Shown in pieces: positions 1 through 10,482 of a stretch of 64,000 bases of DNA. The notes under the pieces are model-generated. The model ran no database searches. It saw only the letters and a list, made by a program, of their open reading frames with translations, and had not been told where the DNA came from. Source of the DNA: Chromatiales bacterium (GTDB taxonomy: Bacteria > Pseudomonadota > Gammaproteobacteria > Granulosicoccales > Granulosicoccaceae). Location of the stretch: NCBI GenBank assembly GCA_020631335.1, contig JAHDHK010000001.1, positions 7,836 to 71,835 of the forward strand, given 5' to 3'. Within the stretch, counting starts at the first letter, position 1. Each line of letters starts with the position of its first letter. The translations under genes and the position numbers were made by a program.

Positions 1-1322
1 TGGTTTTTACTGATGATCAGGGCTACGCCGATATCGGGGCAAACGGCGTAGTCACCGATATTGTCACACCACATATTGATCAACTTGCCAGCGACGGTGT
101 CCGTATGACCGCCGGTTACGTCACCGCACCGCAATGCACACCATCACGAGCGTCATTACTGACGGGCAGATACCAGCAGAAGTTCAACCTGGATGACAAC
201 TCCCTGACACCAATGACACTGGCGCAGCCAACCATGGCCGATCGATTACAGGAAGTGGGTTATCGAACCGGCATGGCGGGTAAATGGCACCTGGGTATTG
301 ATCAGAACTCACCGGATTTTGACGTCAACTCAACTTCCCTTGAAGTGCGGGCACAATACTTTCCGGATCAGAGGGGGTTCGATGATGTGTACTACGGCTT
401 CAGAAACACCTGGTGGACCAACTTTGATTTCAACGGCAACGAAATCCGTGCAGCGTACCGCCACAACGAAGACTACCGGTTGGACGTCACCACAGAGGCG
501 GCACTGGCGTTTATTGAAAAACACCGCCACCAGCCATTCTTTTTGTATTTACCCTACTTCGCTCCGCATGTGCCGATGGAAGCCACAGAAGAGTATCTGT
601 CCAGACATGAATCAACCGTTGAGACAAGACGAAAGTACGCGCTGGCAATGATGTCGGCCATTGATGATGGTGTAGGCCGCATACGACAAAAGCTTGATGA
701 GCTGGAACTGGCCGGCGATACGGTCTTGTTTTTTATCAGTGATAATGGCGCACCACTTGGCATACACATGGATGACGCCCCGATAGAGGATAACACTGCC
801 GCCTGGGACGGTTCATTGAACACACCCTGGATCGGTGAAAAAGGCATGCTGACGGAAGGAGGTATTCGTGTACCCTATATCGTGACCTGGCCCGACAACT
901 TGCCACCCAACACTGTCTTTGACAACGCCGTATCCACGCTTGATGTAGCCGCCACAACACTGGAACTGGCCGGGGCGGACACCAGTGAGCTTGACGGTGT
1001 CGATCTGATACCGCATCTCACCGGAAACACGCATGATCTGGATGAGAGACCTTTGTACTGGCGATTCTGGAACCAGGCTGCAATTCGCGTTGGCGACTGG
1101 AAATACCTGACGAACGGGGCTAATGAATACCTGTTCGACCTGGCAGCCGAACATGAAAATAAAAACCTGATTACCTCGCAGCCCGCAATTGCACAAACAC
1201 TACGTGAACAACTGAGCAACTGGAGCGACACGCTTTCAACTCCGGGTATGCCGCAGCGCGGACCCAACAATGCGGAAGCGGGATGGTATAACCACTACCT
1301 CGGCAGTATCACAGAGCTGTAG
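1..1322 (+). CDS. Formylglycine-dependent sulfatase (arylsulfatase family), 5' end cut by the window edge
   Basis: The frame of track ORF 105..1322 stays open back to base 3 and reads VFTDDQGYADIG (sulfatase N-terminal motif). It is followed by the C-T-P-S-R signature in TAPQCTPSRASLLTGR and by GKWHLG. Confidence 0.9.
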   Translation, partial: VFTDDQGYADIGANGVVTDIVTPHIDQLASDGVRMTAGYVTAPQCTPSRASLLTGRYQQKFNLDDNSLTPMTLAQPTMADRLQEVGYRTGMAGKWHLGIDQNSPDFDVNSTSLEVRAQYFPDQRGFDDVYYGFRNTWWTNFDFNGNEIRAAYRHNEDYRLDVTTEAALAFIEKHRHQPFFLYLPYFAPHVPMEATEEYLSRHESTVETRRKYALAMMSAIDDGVGRIRQKLDELELAGDTVLFFISDNGAPLGIHMDDAPIEDNTAAWDGSLNTPWIGEKGMLTEGGIRVPYIVTWPDNLPPNTVFDNAVSTLDVAATTLELAGADTSELDGVDLIPHLTGNTHDLDERPLYWRFWNQAAIRVGDWKYLTNGANEYLFDLAAEHENKNLITSQPAIAQTLREQLSNWSDTLSTPGMPQRGPNNAEAGWYNHYLGSITEL

Positions 1323-1397
1323 GTCGGGCTGAGTGGTGCCAACGACCACGCCATCAGCAACCCTGCGTCGCTGGCGGCCGTTTCGTTGAGCAGCGCT

Positions 1398-1757
1398 TTA
1401 TTTCAGTGCGTCTTCCAGACAAGACTGCGCTTTCTCTTCACTGTACCCGGCATCGCTGTAAACCGTTTGCGGACAGGCCTCGAGCGTTTCATTCTGCAGA
1501 TCCGCGAGCTTGATGGTATCCGGCAACGGCCCCAGGCATTTTTGCAGCGCCTGTTCAGACAGCGCAAGGCACTGTTGCTGATCAAATCCCATGCATTGTG
1601 TGAACACGTCGGACTGACACAACGCCATCGACTGATCGCGCGAAAGCTTCATTAGCACCAGCTTGGACAATTTGTCCGGGTTTTCCTGAGCCTGGGTGAA
1701 GCTGGAAACACATAAAACAACTAACGCCACTGCAGCTGTAGCCAAAGAGGATTTCAA
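1398..1757 (-). CDS. Small secreted Cys-rich hypothetical protein
   Basis: N-terminal signal peptide MKSSLATAAVALVVLCVSSFTQA-QE. Several cysteines in the mature part. No recognisable family. Confidence 0.5.
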   Translation of the reverse strand: MKSSLATAAVALVVLCVSSFTQAQENPDKLSKLVLMKLSRDQSMALCQSDVFTQCMGFDQQQCLALSEQALQKCLGPLPDTIKLADLQNETLEACPQTVYSDAGYSEEKAQSCLEDALK

Positions 1758-2069
1758 TGCCTTGATTCCGGGGTGTTCTGATCAGCTGCGAACTGTAACA
1801 CCAGTCATGATCGGACTGAACCAAAGCAGCCGGTTTTGTTGTGCCCATCGCAATCGCCCAAGCGCAGGTGCGCTCTCAACAGGCAGGCTGTTAAAACCGG
1901 CAGTGAACATAGACGGCTGCCCGAGCCCGGCTCCCGCCGGAATAAATGTGGACTGATTCTCTAAAACGAGCCGGATTGACCGGCAGACGCGCCAATACCT
2001 GCACCAGTGCTCGAAATGCTTGTTTCAAAAATGAAACACTCCGCTCCCGATTTCGACAGAGTGCGTTTT

Positions 2070-3761
2070 ATGAATTTTAGTGGTTTCCAGGCTTCGCTGA
2101 TTTGTGCATTTGTTCTGCTCAGTGGTTGCAGTGACGACAGACTTGATGTGGAAACCGCAGGGGGTGCACCGGACACCACCGCACAACAGCCCGTAGTCCA
2201 GGTTCAGAGTAACCCGCCTGTTTTGCAGGATGGCCAGTTTACGGTCGCGCCGGAGAGAAAAGTCGAGCTCCTGCCTCAACAGACGAACCTGGGATCCAGC
2301 CTTCCCTATCCAAAACGCACTGGCGCAGAATTAAAATCACTGAACACTGATTTCTGGCCCGATCGAAACCAACTACTCGATGCCGGCGTTTCCGGCGTCA
2401 TCGCCAACCTGGTGTGGGAAAACTGGCAGCCGGAACAAACCACCGATTGCAGCGCGTCTCAGATCAGTTTCGAGGGACAATGCTTTACGGTGGAAGTCGC
2501 TTTTGATCATCAGATCGAGTACTGGTCCGGACAGGGTAAGCGCGTAACGGCTGTGCTGTACGGTGTACCTTCCTGGGCACGTAGTGAGTCCTGCCCGGCG
2601 GCAGACACTGACACCGGAAAATTCTGTTCAGCCCGCAACCCTGATGACTACGCACGTTTTGTTGCAATGATTGCCGAACGTTATAACGGCCTCAACGGTC
2701 ACGGGCGTGTGGTTGATTTTATCATTCACAATGAAGTCAATATGAACCAGTGGTACAAAGTAGACTGCGGCAGCGGTATTGCCTGTGATCAGGAAAAGTG
2801 GATTGCAGACTATTCGGCTAACTATAACGCAGCCTACGATCGAGTCATGGCGATTCAACCGGCTGCACGCGTGTTAATGCCATTTGCACATCAGTTCGAC
2901 ACCAATTTTGATACGCCTGCCAACAGCAACCCGATACTGTCTGTGAAAACCTTTGTGCGCGGTGTACACAGCCGGGCTGAGGGGCGCAAGTGGCGCATCG
3001 CATACCATCCGTATAACCATTATCTGTCCAGAGCCGAATTTTCATATGATGATTTACCCCGTGTTACCTACGGCAATATCGGTGTAATGTCGGGCTGGCT
3101 GCGACAGGAGTTTCCGTTTCAGCCTGAGTCGTGGGAAGTGCATCTGACTGAAAACGGTATTAGCTCAAACGGTCAGTCAAACGAATACGACCAACATATA
3201 TCTGTATGTAACTCTTATCGAAATGTACTGGGCACACCGGGCATTGAAAACTACATCTATCACCGCATGCAGGACAACAACTATGAGGCCACTCGTGGTG
3301 CGGCATTCGGTCTGCACAGAGAAGACGGCACGCCGAAGCCTGTATGGGACACCTGGTCGACAATGTCGGGCGACACACCCGATTGCGGTTTCGAAAACCT
3401 GCCCTACACAAAACTGACCAGCTTTGCTAACAGCAATGGCGATTACCGAAGCTCTACCCGCGTAGTGGGTGATTCGTACAGCGCGTTAAACGATTGGTTT
3501 TTGTTGCGTGAGTATGAAGCAGGCACTTACATGGCTTACGAGTGTCAGGGTAACACCGGCTCTTACATAAGCACCGACATGTACTGCGGCGGTAGATTGT
3601 CATATGGACCGGTAGGCTATGTACATGAATTCGACGCCGATGATCGGGTGGCACTATTTACCTGTGCTAACGGTGAGTATGTTTACAGCAGCGACGAATA
3701 CGCCTGTGGAAGTGACGGCGTGGTGGAATTTATCGGTTATGTAAAGCGAGATCGCACCTAG
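2070..3761 (+). CDS. Lipoprotein with a clan GH-A (TIM-barrel) glycoside-hydrolase-like core and a Cys/Tyr-rich C-terminal domain
   Basis: Start chosen at ATG 2070, which gives the lipobox signal MNFSGFQASLICAFVLLSG-C. FIIHNEVNMNQWY looks like an N-E acid/base motif and VHLTENGISS like a T-E-N-G nucleophile motif. Family assignment is not possible by eye. Confidence 0.65.
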   Translation: MNFSGFQASLICAFVLLSGCSDDRLDVETAGGAPDTTAQQPVVQVQSNPPVLQDGQFTVAPERKVELLPQQTNLGSSLPYPKRTGAELKSLNTDFWPDRNQLLDAGVSGVIANLVWENWQPEQTTDCSASQISFEGQCFTVEVAFDHQIEYWSGQGKRVTAVLYGVPSWARSESCPAADTDTGKFCSARNPDDYARFVAMIAERYNGLNGHGRVVDFIIHNEVNMNQWYKVDCGSGIACDQEKWIADYSANYNAAYDRVMAIQPAARVLMPFAHQFDTNFDTPANSNPILSVKTFVRGVHSRAEGRKWRIAYHPYNHYLSRAEFSYDDLPRVTYGNIGVMSGWLRQEFPFQPESWEVHLTENGISSNGQSNEYDQHISVCNSYRNVLGTPGIENYIYHRMQDNNYEATRGAAFGLHREDGTPKPVWDTWSTMSGDTPDCGFENLPYTKLTSFANSNGDYRSSTRVVGDSYSALNDWFLLREYEAGTYMAYECQGNTGSYISTDMYCGGRLSYGPVGYVHEFDADDRVALFTCANGEYVYSSDEYACGSDGVVEFIGYVKRDRT

Positions 3762-4037
3762 CCCGGGCAGCTTTCAAAAAGAGGTCGATCTACTCGAGTG
3801 GAGTGTCGGCCCGATGCTCCCTCGATGGTATCCGTCATCAGGGTATTGTGGCGTGACGCCGGTGGCTCAACACTTCAATAGTACCGGCGTTCACAGACAC
3901 TCAATGTGTCAGCCCCACACTTCGGCCAGCAGTTAGTCAGCTGATCTGAGGCGTTGACCTCACTATATTCCAGTGACTCGAATGTCGGGTCACTGCGAGG
4001 ATGTAGCCAGACGGCCCGCCGATTGCTTCGTCGGCTT

Positions 4038-5531
4038 ATGCCAGTCAAATTTACCATCGGCTTCGCCCTGCTTTTTCTAAGCTTTCCCACGTGGGCCGAT
4101 TCCTCTGCCAATACACTCAGTGACTTCACGCCCTGTCGAATCGGCTCAATGCCGGCATCAGTGCCTGCAGAATGCGCCACCCTTTCTGTATCGTTTACCC
4201 ACGATATGGCTCCTGAGCTACTATCCGCCTCCAGCGATGCGGCACCCGACACAATTACTTTGTCTATCGCAAAGATTCCGGCGCGGGCAAATCAGCCGGC
4301 CGCCGATCCAGTGACCCTGCTGGCAGGTGGACCGGGTCAAAGTGCGACGGATGCCTGGCCGCAAATCAGAAACGCATTTTATCCGATACTGGCCAACCGT
4401 GATGTCTACCTGATTGATCAGCGTGGCACTGGTGATTCGGCCCGTATGGATTGCCCTACTCCACCGACCGACACACCGTTGAGTGAGGATCTGGAAGAGG
4501 TAGAACGCGCCGCCGCGGAATGCTACGAAAGCCAGTCACTGCCCACCGAGTGGTTCACCACCAGTGTGGCTGTCCGCGATCTCGACTCGGTGCGTCAGGC
4601 ACTGGGTATATCACAATGGAATTTATATGGCGTTTCATATGGAACGCGTGTGGCGTTGCATTACCTGCGTCGCTACCCGCAGCACAGCCGCAGTGTCGTG
4701 ATTGACGCGGTAGTCGCCCCGCAAAAACCGATCGGACCGGAAATTCCTTTGCACGCACAACGTGCACTGAATATGCTTTTTGAACGATGCGAAAACGAGG
4801 CCGACTGTGCGGAGGCTTTTCCGGAACTGGCAGCGAAAACCACCGCTCTGTTTACATCGCTTAAAAATAACTCACGTATCGTTAAGTATGAAAACATCTC
4901 TCTCGGTGCGCTGGATGATATGGAATTCAATGATCAGCATCTTGCCACCACAGTAAGATTGCTGAGTTACTCTTCGTACGGTACGGCAATCCTGCCATCG
5001 ATGCTCAACGACGCTTCCACCAACGACAATCTCGCCCCGTTCGCCAGACAAGCAGCTATGCAAATGACGCAACTCGGCGGCACCATGGCGACCGGTATGC
5101 ACTCGGCGGTGATATGTACAGAGGATGCACCGTATATTGATTCAATGGAAAGCCGTGACCAGCTACAAAGTACCTATCTGGGCGACTTCATCCTCGATGC
5201 AATGATAGCCAGTTGCAGGCAATGGCCCACCGGTGTGATAGACAATGACTTTCACGACCCTGTCGTCAGTGATGTCCCAGTGCTGGCACTATCGGGTGAG
5301 GCAGACCCGATAACGCCTCCTGAATACGCAGAGCTTGCCATTCAGTCCCTGAGCAACGCACGCCACATCATCAACCCGCACCAGAGCCATACACAGGCAC
5401 CTCTGGGTTGTGTGCCTTCGATAATGTCACGGTTCATCGACTCTGCGGATCCGGATGGTTTGAACGTCGATTGCCTCAATCGATTATCTCCGCCCGCGCT
5501 ATTTATCGATGCTAATGGTCCGACACCATGA
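4038..5531 (+). CDS. Secreted alpha/beta hydrolase, S33 (TAP / prolyl aminopeptidase-like) family
   Basis: ATG 4038 gives the signal peptide MPVKFTIGFALLFLSFPTWA-DSS. LLAGGPGQSAT is an oxyanion region and GVSYGTRVA a G-x-S-x-G nucleophile elbow. The stop overlaps the next start (ATGA at 5528-5531). Confidence 0.8.
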   Translation: MPVKFTIGFALLFLSFPTWADSSANTLSDFTPCRIGSMPASVPAECATLSVSFTHDMAPELLSASSDAAPDTITLSIAKIPARANQPAADPVTLLAGGPGQSATDAWPQIRNAFYPILANRDVYLIDQRGTGDSARMDCPTPPTDTPLSEDLEEVERAAAECYESQSLPTEWFTTSVAVRDLDSVRQALGISQWNLYGVSYGTRVALHYLRRYPQHSRSVVIDAVVAPQKPIGPEIPLHAQRALNMLFERCENEADCAEAFPELAAKTTALFTSLKNNSRIVKYENISLGALDDMEFNDQHLATTVRLLSYSSYGTAILPSMLNDASTNDNLAPFARQAAMQMTQLGGTMATGMHSAVICTEDAPYIDSMESRDQLQSTYLGDFILDAMIASCRQWPTGVIDNDFHDPVVSDVPVLALSGEADPITPPEYAELAIQSLSNARHIINPHQSHTQAPLGCVPSIMSRFIDSADPDGLNVDCLNRLSPPALFIDANGPTP

Positions 5532-6274
5532 TTCATGCTGATCATTTGAGTAAGACCTTTGTCGGAGTTCCAGGGCAACCCAAACGAAAGGTGGTCGCGG
5601 TTGAGTCTGTGAGTTTCAAAGCAGAAGATGGGCGCATCACCGGCTTGCTGGGCCCGAACGGTGCCGGTAAGTCTACTACCCTGCGAATGCTTGCCACCTT
5701 GATTCGCCCTGACAGCGGCAAAGCGTCTATAGACGGATACTCTGTAACCAACGATGTGCTGTCCGTGAGGCAACATCTGGGCTTTATGCCACACAACGCG
5801 GGAATCTACCCGCGACTGACATCCCGCGAAAACATTGAATACTATGCACGCCTGTGCGGTATGAATAAAAAAACGACAAAGGTGCGGGTAGATGAATTAA
5901 TAGACATGCTCGATATGGGGAAGTTTGCAGACCGGCGCAGTGCCGGGTTTTCGCAGGGCCAGAAAACCAAGGTAGCTCTGGCCCGGGCGCTGGTACACCG
6001 GCCACAAACGATATTGCTCGACGAGCCGACCAACGGGCTGGACGTCATGGCCACTCGCAGCCTGCGTGAAATTATTCGCAAGCTTGCCAGTGACGGGCAC
6101 TGTATTGTTTTTTCAAGTCACATCATGCAGGAGGTTGCCGCCCTATGCGATGAGATAGCAATCATCTCCAGCGGCAATATCTCTATGACCGGCGCACTCG
6201 ATACACTACTTGAAAACACCGGCCAGCAATCACTGGAAGATGCTTTTGTAGTTGCTATTGGAGGCGAGTTGTAA
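5528..6274 (+). CDS. ABC transporter ATP-binding protein (NatA-like, ABC-2 exporter)
   Basis: Walker A GPNGAGKST, signature FSQGQKTKV, Walker B ILLDEP. Overlaps both neighbouring genes. Confidence 0.85.
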   Translation: MIHADHLSKTFVGVPGQPKRKVVAVESVSFKAEDGRITGLLGPNGAGKSTTLRMLATLIRPDSGKASIDGYSVTNDVLSVRQHLGFMPHNAGIYPRLTSRENIEYYARLCGMNKKTTKVRVDELIDMLDMGKFADRRSAGFSQGQKTKVALARALVHRPQTILLDEPTNGLDVMATRSLREIIRKLASDGHCIVFSSHIMQEVAALCDEIAIISSGNISMTGALDTLLENTGQQSLEDAFVVAIGGEL

Positions 6275-7434
6275 TGGTCTCGGTGATGCTGTGGAAAGAG
6301 ATCGTCGATAACCTGCGCGACCGCCAGACTGTTTTCTACGCGCTATTGTTCGGACCTGTTCTGTTACCTCTTTTAATCGGTGGTGCGCTGGTTGCCAGCC
6401 TCAAACAGGCAGCTGTGAGTTTTGACGAACCCTCCCCGATTGCTGTCAGCTACAGTGAACGCGCTCCTAATCTCATGAAATTTCTGCATTCAAATAATAT
6501 GGATGTAGAACCGGCACCGGCGGAGATTGAAGCCAGTGTTCGACGTGGTGATGTTCCGGTCGTACTGGAAATACCACAAGACTTTGCCACCGCATTGCGC
6601 AGTGGAACACCTGCGCCGCTGATCATTCATGTTAACGATGGCGACAAGCACTCAGCTAAAGAAGCACGCAAACTCAATACACTTCTGAACGCCTACGCGC
6701 AAACCATCAATGCGCTGCGGATGCAACATCGAGGTATTGATCCATCGGTATTCAATAGCGTCAACGTCACTTTGCAGGATGTGTCATCCAATGGATTCCG
6801 CGGACAATTGCTCGCCTCAATACTGCCGTTTCTATTGATTGTGGCGATGGTAATGGGCGGGTTTTATCTGGCCATCGACACTACTGCCGGAGAACGCGAG
6901 CGCCAGTCACTGGAACCACTGCTGAGTTTGCCGATGTCACGCTACAAGCTGGTACTGGGAAAATACCTCGCGGTACTCACTTTTGTCGGTCTGTCCAGCA
7001 TCCTGACTGCTATCAGCCTGTTTTTGGTTTTCCGATTCCTCTCACCGGAGGCAGCGGGCGGTGTAATAAGCTTTGATGGCCCGACAATCACCCGCGCCTG
7101 GCTACTGGCCAGTCCACTGGTATTTTTTATAGCCGCTGTACTGATGACAGTTGCCGCCAGCACCCAGAGCACGAAAGAAGCACAAACTTACCTTGGGTTG
7201 CTAATGGTGTTTCCGATGGCGCCGTTTTTTATTCTGCAATTTGTGAATATCAAGTCTGTTAACCTGACGATGGCACTGCCCATGTTGAGCCAGTACCAGC
7301 TGCTGGAGCGGGTGGTATTGCAGGACGATATCAGTTATATCCATATCGGGTTATCTATTGCAGGCACCTTGCTTTCCGCAGTGCTGCTCTATCTGGCAGC
7401 AGTCAAACTGTACTCACGTGAAAAAATACTTTAA
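6274..7434 (+). CDS. ABC-2 family permease (NatB-like)
   Basis: One N-terminal TM segment, a large extracytoplasmic loop, then a C-terminal bundle of hydrophobic helices. The start overlaps the stop of the ATPase gene (TAATG). Confidence 0.75.
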   Translation: MVSVMLWKEIVDNLRDRQTVFYALLFGPVLLPLLIGGALVASLKQAAVSFDEPSPIAVSYSERAPNLMKFLHSNNMDVEPAPAEIEASVRRGDVPVVLEIPQDFATALRSGTPAPLIIHVNDGDKHSAKEARKLNTLLNAYAQTINALRMQHRGIDPSVFNSVNVTLQDVSSNGFRGQLLASILPFLLIVAMVMGGFYLAIDTTAGERERQSLEPLLSLPMSRYKLVLGKYLAVLTFVGLSSILTAISLFLVFRFLSPEAAGGVISFDGPTITRAWLLASPLVFFIAAVLMTVAASTQSTKEAQTYLGLLMVFPMAPFFILQFVNIKSVNLTMALPMLSQYQLLERVVLQDDISYIHIGLSIAGTLLSAVLLYLAAVKLYSREKIL

Positions 7435-8632
7435 CCGGGTATTGAAGCGGCGTTACGGTTCAGGGTCGCTCTGAAGCAGAAATTACTCGCTGCTGCGAAC
7501 AAACAAAGCGCACTTGCAAACGCCATCGGCGCAAGCGCGGTACCGGTTATATCATATAACCAACCCGCCACACCGGGTGCAGGCAGCCCGATCATAAAGT
7601 ACATTGTAAAGAACACGCCCATACCGAAGGCCCGAGACTCGGGCGGCATTGCCTCACCGGTCAGGGACATGATGACGCCCGCTGAACCAAACCCGATCGT
7701 ACCGAGTAAAAGAATACAGAGGTAGATAGCCACGCCTGTGGACATCATCAACAGTGAGATTGCGCTGGTGATGAGGCTGATATAAAGCACAGCGTCTCTC
7801 CTGCCGGTACGATCCACCAGTACACCGGCAGCGATGGCGGTAAACACCATAATCCAGCTCGGAACACTGCCAAGCGCACCCGCCTGCTGCTCGCTAAAAC
7901 CATGTGATACCAGCAATTCGACGACAAAACTCAGGTACACCACATACACGGCGTTAAACAATGCCCATACAAGTGCAGCAAGCAAGGTCAGTTTCAAATG
8001 GTACCGGGACAAATTCCATACGGCCACAGGGGTAGATTTTTTATCGCCTTCGATAGCTGGAGATCGGTACAACCACCAGACGACGATGGCGGCAAACTAC
8101 AATATAGAGAGGCGCCCAGGAACGCGGCTGAATAGCCAAACGCGCCGGCTATGAACGGGTGTACAACCTGCCGTAGCGCAATGCCCACCGGCCAGCTCAT
8201 AACCAGAATTGCCATTGCTGTGGCAAGCTCTTTACCACTGAACCAGTCAGTCACCATTTTTGTGTAATACAGTGTACTGAAGACAAATCCGGCACCGCTG
8301 ATCACACGTCCAACAGCAATCAAACCGTAGCTCGATGCATAGCTACTGACAAACCCTCCCAGTCCAAGCAGCAACAAACCGCAGACCACCAGCGCTTTTT
8401 CTGTGGTGAATCGCTGAATCAATCCGGCAGGAAAAGATAAAAATATACCGGCAAAAAGAAACAGACCTACCAGAATACCCGCAAGGCGGTAATCCAGCTG
8501 AAGTGCTTCTATGAGCCGGGAAGAAATTGAGCCGACGACCTGAAACTGAAAACCCAGAGCAATTCGGGTTAGAAATAACAGGCACATCACTTTCCATCGT
8601 GTATCCATAGTTTTCCCGGAAGCGTCGGTCAT
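7431..8632 (-). pseudogene. MFS transporter interrupted by a frameshift
   Basis: Track ORFs 7994..8632 (N-terminal six helices) and 7431..8072 (C-terminal six helices) are consecutive halves of one MFS protein in different frames. Frame B reads FAAIVVWWLYRSPAIEG immediately after frame A reads GASLYCS. A single-base indel at the AAA run 8094-8096 (TTT on the coding strand) would restore one ORF. Confidence 0.7.
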
Positions 8633-8895
8633 TCAATACCAGAAGAATACGGCATTTGAAAATGCTAATCCTTTTGCGAATTCAGTTTACAAACTCACTT
8701 TTGATGCGCTGACTGGCCATATTGCAGTCACACCCAGGCGTTGCACGCATTCATCGTAGATTCGATTGTCTCAAAGCGCCAAGTAAAATGATCTAGTACA
8801 TAAGGATCAATTCACTAATAATTGAATCAAAGCAGTTGCACAGACCAGACGGATTCAGTCAATACCACACTGAACCGGCTGCCGGATAAAGCCCT

Positions 8896-9663
8896 TCAGT
8901 TCGCCAGTGGTGTTACTGGCACTGATGACGGCTGATCCATCCCTGCCCGCCGGTAGTCGCAGCGCCCGCACTCAATTAACCCCGACATGCCCACAGCGTG
9001 CCCATGCACCCTGATGGCGTGTAGTAACGCTTCAAAGAGTAATTCCCGATGATGATCTGATGCATTATGCGAGACAAACGGTGGTGCCAGTGCCTCCCGA
9101 CTCCGATCGATCACCGGGCTGTCATTTTGCAATTGGCACTGGTGTAATGAGTGAGCATCAACGGCGATCAGATCCGCCTGATGACTTTCAAGCAACGCCA
9201 GACTGTTCTTATGTGAGCCACTGACGGTAAACGAGGTTGTATTAACCTCATTCGCTTCCATCCACTCTGTCAGGGCATAGCAGCCTGACCGCGAGCTTGG
9301 TGAATTCACCGCAACTCGCGCAGCGCGCGGGACACTGTTTGTACGACACATGATATAGCTGAAGTAGTTGCCGGGACGGCAATCAAGATCTGAGAAAACA
9401 GGTCTTGCGATGACATTCAGTTCACTCCCCGCAGGTGTAAACAGGTCAGGACCGCAACACTGTCCGATAATCAGTTGCGGGCTACCCCATAGTGCTTCCA
9501 ACCCGACATCACGCTGCAGGTCGGTACAAATATTGTCAATACCACGCTGACGCAGAAACTGAACAACAGAAAACCAGAATTCATCAAGTGCGTGCCTGGT
9601 ATGCGGGTTGTCATACCAGGACAGGCTCCCGTAGAGTGCTTCGTTTTTATTGTAGTTATTCAT
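8896..9663 (-). CDS. Cytoplasmic PhnD/SsuA-like periplasmic-binding-protein-fold protein, function unknown
   Basis: No signal peptide. The N-terminal pattern LSWYDNPHTRHALDEFWFSVVQFL...LWGSPQLIIGQCCG recalls signal-less PBP2-fold proteins. Lies downstream of larB on the same strand. Confidence 0.45.
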   Translation of the reverse strand: MNNYNKNEALYGSLSWYDNPHTRHALDEFWFSVVQFLRQRGIDNICTDLQRDVGLEALWGSPQLIIGQCCGPDLFTPAGSELNVIARPVFSDLDCRPGNYFSYIMCRTNSVPRAARVAVNSPSSRSGCYALTEWMEANEVNTTSFTVSGSHKNSLALLESHQADLIAVDAHSLHQCQLQNDSPVIDRSREALAPPFVSHNASDHHRELLFEALLHAIRVHGHAVGMSGLIECGRCDYRRAGMDQPSSVPVTPLAN

Positions 9664-9819
9664 TTTGATCGGGCGGCGGATCTGTCAGATCATGAGCATC
9701 AAAGATACAGATTGATCGGCGATAGGTGCGTTTAAAAGGAAAAGGCAGGACTTGTTGTTATGAAGGCATTCATTCAGTAGTCACTCAAAATCCATATGAC
9801 TACTATTGGCAGAATAATG

Positions 9820-10482
9820 CTATTGAGCACTGCGACGAGTTACAGGCATCATCTTCAACATGGCACACGCAGCGCCGAACCCGTTGTCAATATTTACCGC
9901 GACCACCCCGGGTGAACAGGCAGACAGCGCACTCCCCAGAGCGACTTTACCGCCTTGCGCCACACCGTAGCCGTTAGAGGTTGGTACAGCGATGACCACG
10001 CCTTTTACCAGCCCTGCCAGCACGGGAAATAAAGCGCCCTCCATTCCGGCAACAGCAATTATCAGGGGTGCCGCATTCAGAAGTTCCAGCTTATCCGTCA
10101 GTCGCCACAGCCCAGCTACGCCGCAGTCCGCAATGATCGGCACATCAAGGCCGTTATAGAGCAACGTTTGGCGTGCCTCGTGCGCAACCTTCATATCAGA
10201 ACTGCCAGCAGTGACTATCAGACAATCAGATACAGCCAACGCAGGCAGTCCGTTATTCAACACAGCGGTTTCAGATGCATCGTGCGACTCCAGGTTCGTG
10301 AAATTCTCAGAACATTCACGCATTGCCGCCAGTGACAGCCGCGTTAACAGCAGTGAAGCCTGTCGTTGATTCGCCTGCGCCAGTATCGACTTGATCTGTT
10401 CGACCGTTTTGCCTTCGCACAACACTGCTTCAGCAACACCGGTGCGTTGCTGACGATGCCAGTCGAATTCAAACTCCTGCAC
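9820..10482 (-). CDS. larB: Nickel-pincer cofactor biosynthesis protein LarB (PurE-like NaAD carboxylase/hydrolase)
   Basis: PurE-like C-terminal region TAGSSDMKVAHEARQTLLYNGLDVPIIADCGVAGLWRL. Overlaps larE by 14 bp. Confidence 0.8.
   Translation of the reverse strand: MQEFEFDWHRQQRTGVAEAVLCEGKTVEQIKSILAQANQRQASLLLTRLSLAAMRECSENFTNLESHDASETAVLNNGLPALAVSDCLIVTAGSSDMKVAHEARQTLLYNGLDVPIIADCGVAGLWRLTDKLELLNAAPLIIAVAGMEGALFPVLAGLVKGVVIAVPTSNGYGVAQGGKVALGSALSACSPGVVAVNIDNGFGAACAMLKMMPVTRRSAQ

Noticed and set aside
7994-8072. Programmed ribosomal frameshift in the MFS gene
   Set aside because: There is no slippery heptamer or stimulatory structure at the junction. A 1-nt homopolymer indel explains the split more simply.
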